In this document: one piece after another, positions 60,709 through 64,000 of the stretch
How positions within the stretch are numbered: position 1 is the stretch's first letter
How the letters are laid out: each line of letters begins with the position of its first letter
Source of the DNA: Paraphysomonas bandaiensis
Taxonomy: Eukaryota; Protista; Chrysophyceae
Direction of reading: 5' to 3'
NCBI GenBank assembly: GCA_965644295.1
Contig: CBFFRP010000269.1
Span: forward strand, 6,558-70,557
DNA: 64,000 nucleotides
Made by a program: the position numbers and the translations under genes
Notes under the pieces: generated by a model
Seen by the model: only the letters and a program-made list of their open reading frames with translations
Told to the model about the DNA's origin: nothing
Databases searched by the model: none

Positions 60709-63700
60709 CTAAGTCATCCATCGTGGTCTCTTGGTTGAGTTCTCTGCCGGTGGGATAGGTACTTTTGTTCTTTTATTGCTAGCAGGTATGTTGATACCTC
60801 CCCCCCCCATTAGTGAATCCCGCAATCTGTGGAACGTGTTTGATGTGAGGGGTTTAGTTAGAATGTCGGCCAGCATCTCGTTTGTAGGCATGTAATCAAC
60901 AATAATAGAGTGCGATGCGACTTGTTCTCTTATGAAGTGATATCTGATGGCAATATGTTTTGTTCGTCGGTGGTGTACGGGGTTTAGGCATAGTTGAATT
61001 GCACCTTTGTTGTCACACCATATGGTTGTTGAGTATGGCATGTGGAAGCCCAATTCCGAGAGTAGTGACCGTAGCCAAATAGCTTCTTGACATGCTGTTG
61101 ATAGTGCCATGTACTCCGCTTCTGTAGAGGATAGAGCTACAGTGGTCTGGAGTCGTGATTGCCAGGAAATGAGACAATTTCCAATAAAGAAGCAAAACGC
61201 TGTGGTCGACCTGCGAGTTAAGTTACAGCGTGCCCAATCACTGTCAGCGAATCCAGTTAAAGTAACAGACTTCCCGGAGTACTGTAGACCTTGATCGATA
61301 GTGCCTTTGAGGTACCTAAGTATGTTTAATGCGGCTTTGCATGTAGTTAGATTTGGATTAGTACTGAAACGAGCAAGGGTGTTTACAGCATATGCAATAT
61401 CAGGTCTAGTGCACACAGCAATATACATAAGTGAACCTATGAGCTCCTTGTAAGGAAAATTTTGGACAAATTCTTGATTTTCTTGAGATAGTTGTTTCTT
61501 TTCGAGAATGTCTATATGAAAATTTGTTGTCATGGGGTGACTTCGTGGCTTGCAATCTTCCATGTTGAATCTGTGGAGTAGGTTCCGTATGTATTGAGAT
61601 TGATTTAGTGTCGTAGTTCGATTCTGTATATCCTGTTTGACGAATATGCCGAGATAGTAATCTAGGAGGCCGAGATCATGAATGTCGAATTTTTCAGCTA
61701 ACGAATTCTTGATTTGGATGATGTCAGTCCTACTTTTACCGGCGATAATGATGTCATCGACGTAAACTGCCAGAATTATGGGTCGACCATTGATTGATTT
61801 CGTGAATATGCACGGGTCGGACACTAATCTGGTAAAACCACAGTCTAACAAATAATTAGTACAACATTTATACCAATTTAACCCGGACTGTTTGAGTCCG
61901 TATATACTCTTTAGAAGTCTGAGGACTTTACCGTTTGGAACATTGAGACCAGCGGGTGGATACATGTAAATTTCCTCTTGGAGGTCTGCATTGATGTAAG
62001 CAGTGGAGAAATCTACCTGGTGAAGCTCCAACCCAAGTATAGTTGCTAGTGCTATGACTGTTCTCATTGATGTGGCCTTTGCGACTGGGCTGTAGGTTTC
62101 GTTGTAGTCTTTACCCTCGACCTGGGAGAAACCTTGAGCCACTAACCTCGCCTTGAAGGTAACCTCATCTCGCTTGACCTTTACCCTAAACACGAATTTT
62201 CCCCTTATGATGTTGGAATTTGCTGGTGGTGTCGTTATCCTCCAACAGCCTTTGCTCTCTAAAGACTTGATTTCTTTGTTGATGGCTTTCAGCCATTGTT
62301 CCTTGTACCTGCCTGATAGTGCCTCGCCAACATTGTTAGGTGTGTTAGGTACATCATTGCTACATGTGTCATTTGCATGCATAATGATGTCAACATCATT
62401 CATGTATAATGTTCTGTAACTATCATGTTTATCAGGTGTTTTGTGGTTGTACAAATATCTTTTATCAACATCACAGTGGTATATATTATCACCGAATTTG
62501 TGTACATTCATGATTACCCTTTTTCTGGTCTGCCTCTTGCTGTGGAGACTTTTCTTTACGCAACGGCTCACCTTGTGACGGTGGGGTGTCCTTACACCCG
62601 TAATTGTGCCATCCGGGCTTTGCCGGCTCCTGTCACCCTGGGAATTCACAGTCTTGATTGCTCGTTTGACCTTACGAGCAGGGTGATCGCACTTGTTGTC
62701 ACCCCGTGCCTCCTTCGGCACTGTATTCCGCTGAGCTTCTGCTGTGCGGCGAGGCCTTGCCTCCTTTTCATTTGAGTAGGGTCCTCTCAAATGGCTGTGA
62801 CTCCCGCCCCGTGTGGCGTCATGACGGCTATCGGTTGAACTGCTCCTCCCTGGAGCTGTTCCTTCCACGGGGCATCCTAGTTCCTCTTGCGGGGGTGATA
62901 CCGCGTTCTGATAACTGAAGTGCTCGGCGGTGTATCTTTCGATGTCCGCAGCGTGTATTGGGTCATTTAACTCGATGACTCGCCCTTCATTTTCTCGTGG
63001 GGCCAATCCTCTGTAAGCAGCCACGTGGCCTTTGATGACTGTGATTCTTGTCGTGATGTATTGGAGGCCATCCTGTGGATCTGTGTGGGTCATTCCAACA
63101 AGGTATTGGAAGCTCTCGGCTGTTCGATTCTCTGAATTTTCTTCTCTCAGTGATGATTCGATTTCAGCGTAATAGTTTTCTTTGACGTCGGGGATGCACT
63201 CATTGAAAAAGACGTGACTTGAGATTACAAAGTCCTTGAGTGAAGGTACATATATGACGTACCCTGGTCCATCTTCTCGGTATCCCATGAAGTACCCAAT
63301 ATGGCTATGTGGAGACCAATCGTTTCTTCTCTGAGACTTGTCTATGAATGTATGGCATTTGCAGCCCCAAATCCTGGCGTAAGATAAATCAGGGGCCTCG
63401 TCGTGGATGAACTGATACGGTGATATGAATCCCTTTGCAGTGGCGCATGGCAGGCGATTTTTCATATGCGTGACGGTGGACATGGCCTGTTCCCAGAAGT
63501 TGGGTGGTAGGCCTGAGTTGCAAATGGATGCAAGCGTTCTTTCCTTGGTCGTGCGCCATGGTCGTTCTTGTATGGGGTTGTCTTCAGGCGTGTATGGAGC
63601 GTTGAAGGTCCAGGTTGATCCTAATTTTCTCAGCAAGTTCAGTACACGATGTGATACTAGCTCACGGCCACCATCAGCATGATAGTGTATTAGCCGTTTG

Positions 63701-64000
63701 CCTTTCGAATGCAGATAATCCACAATTTTCTGAATGCACTCAATGACAAAATCCTCGGTTCTGTGTTTTCCATAGAATGTCCAACTGTATCTTGAAGCTG
63801 CATCGGTAGCTCCAAAGACTACGGTGTTTCCTGTGACTATTGCTGGAGGTGAAAATGGTCCAGTAAAATCAACTGCTATAAGTCCTCCAAGCTCCTGCGA
63901 TCTTCTGGTTTTTGTCGGTATCATTTGCCTTGTCTCGCGCCTATGTTTCCTCCTGTGAGCCTTGCCTTGTGCGCAGCCATCACAAAGGCCTTCTGGTAGC
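60709..64000 (-). mobile_element. Ty1/Copia retrotransposon pol (integrase-RT-RNase H), open frame continuing beyond the window
   Basis: CDGCAQGK zinc motif, integrase D(FTGP)..D(GGRE)..E(RPWR), FKARLVAQGF, KSIYGLKQ, YVDD, ADSDWA, TEAEY, KHIAIRYH, ADILTK, in Copia INT-RT-RH order. Confidence 0.97.

Noticed and set aside
1-64000. CRISPR array, rRNA/tRNA genes, prokaryotic operon, non-standard genetic code; many short antisense ORFs
   Set aside because: No repeat-spacer array or RNA gene was seen, and conserved genes translate with the standard code after splicing. Antisense ORFs are shadows of real exons.

Overview
Eukaryotic nuclear DNA: AT-rich, gene-dense, short GT-AG introns, standard genetic code. 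Gene style suggests a stramenopile/ochrophyte protist (inference only). About 19 host-type genes are present, mostly in head-to-head pairs: a RanBP2-zinc-finger/PPR/Smr-like protein, meiotic recombinase DMC1, a UNC-93-like MFS transporter, a 7-TM gustatory-receptor-like protein, an 11beta-HSD-like SDR, STT3 with a C-terminal WSC-like domain, serine carboxypeptidase S10, a BTB protein, an Hsp110-like NBD-TPR fusion, an ankyrin-JmjC protein, a mitochondrial carrier, a P1B Cu-ATPase and several orphans. Head-to-head gaps carry (TACA)n arrays or an ACAGCAGT motif, and one holds an apparently complete Mutator-like transposon. Tail-to-tail gaps are nested TE islands: hAT relics, solo LTRs with 5-bp TSDs and a ~0.5-kb structured repeat family with fixed ends (6 copies). 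Also present are a Mutator-type MITE, an open Copia pol running off the right edge, and a 1.2-1.5 kb tandem duplication bracketing ~2 kb of foreign-looking DNA with an intronless orphan ORF. No rRNA, tRNA or CRISPR was seen. All calls were made by eye and exon boundaries are approximate.
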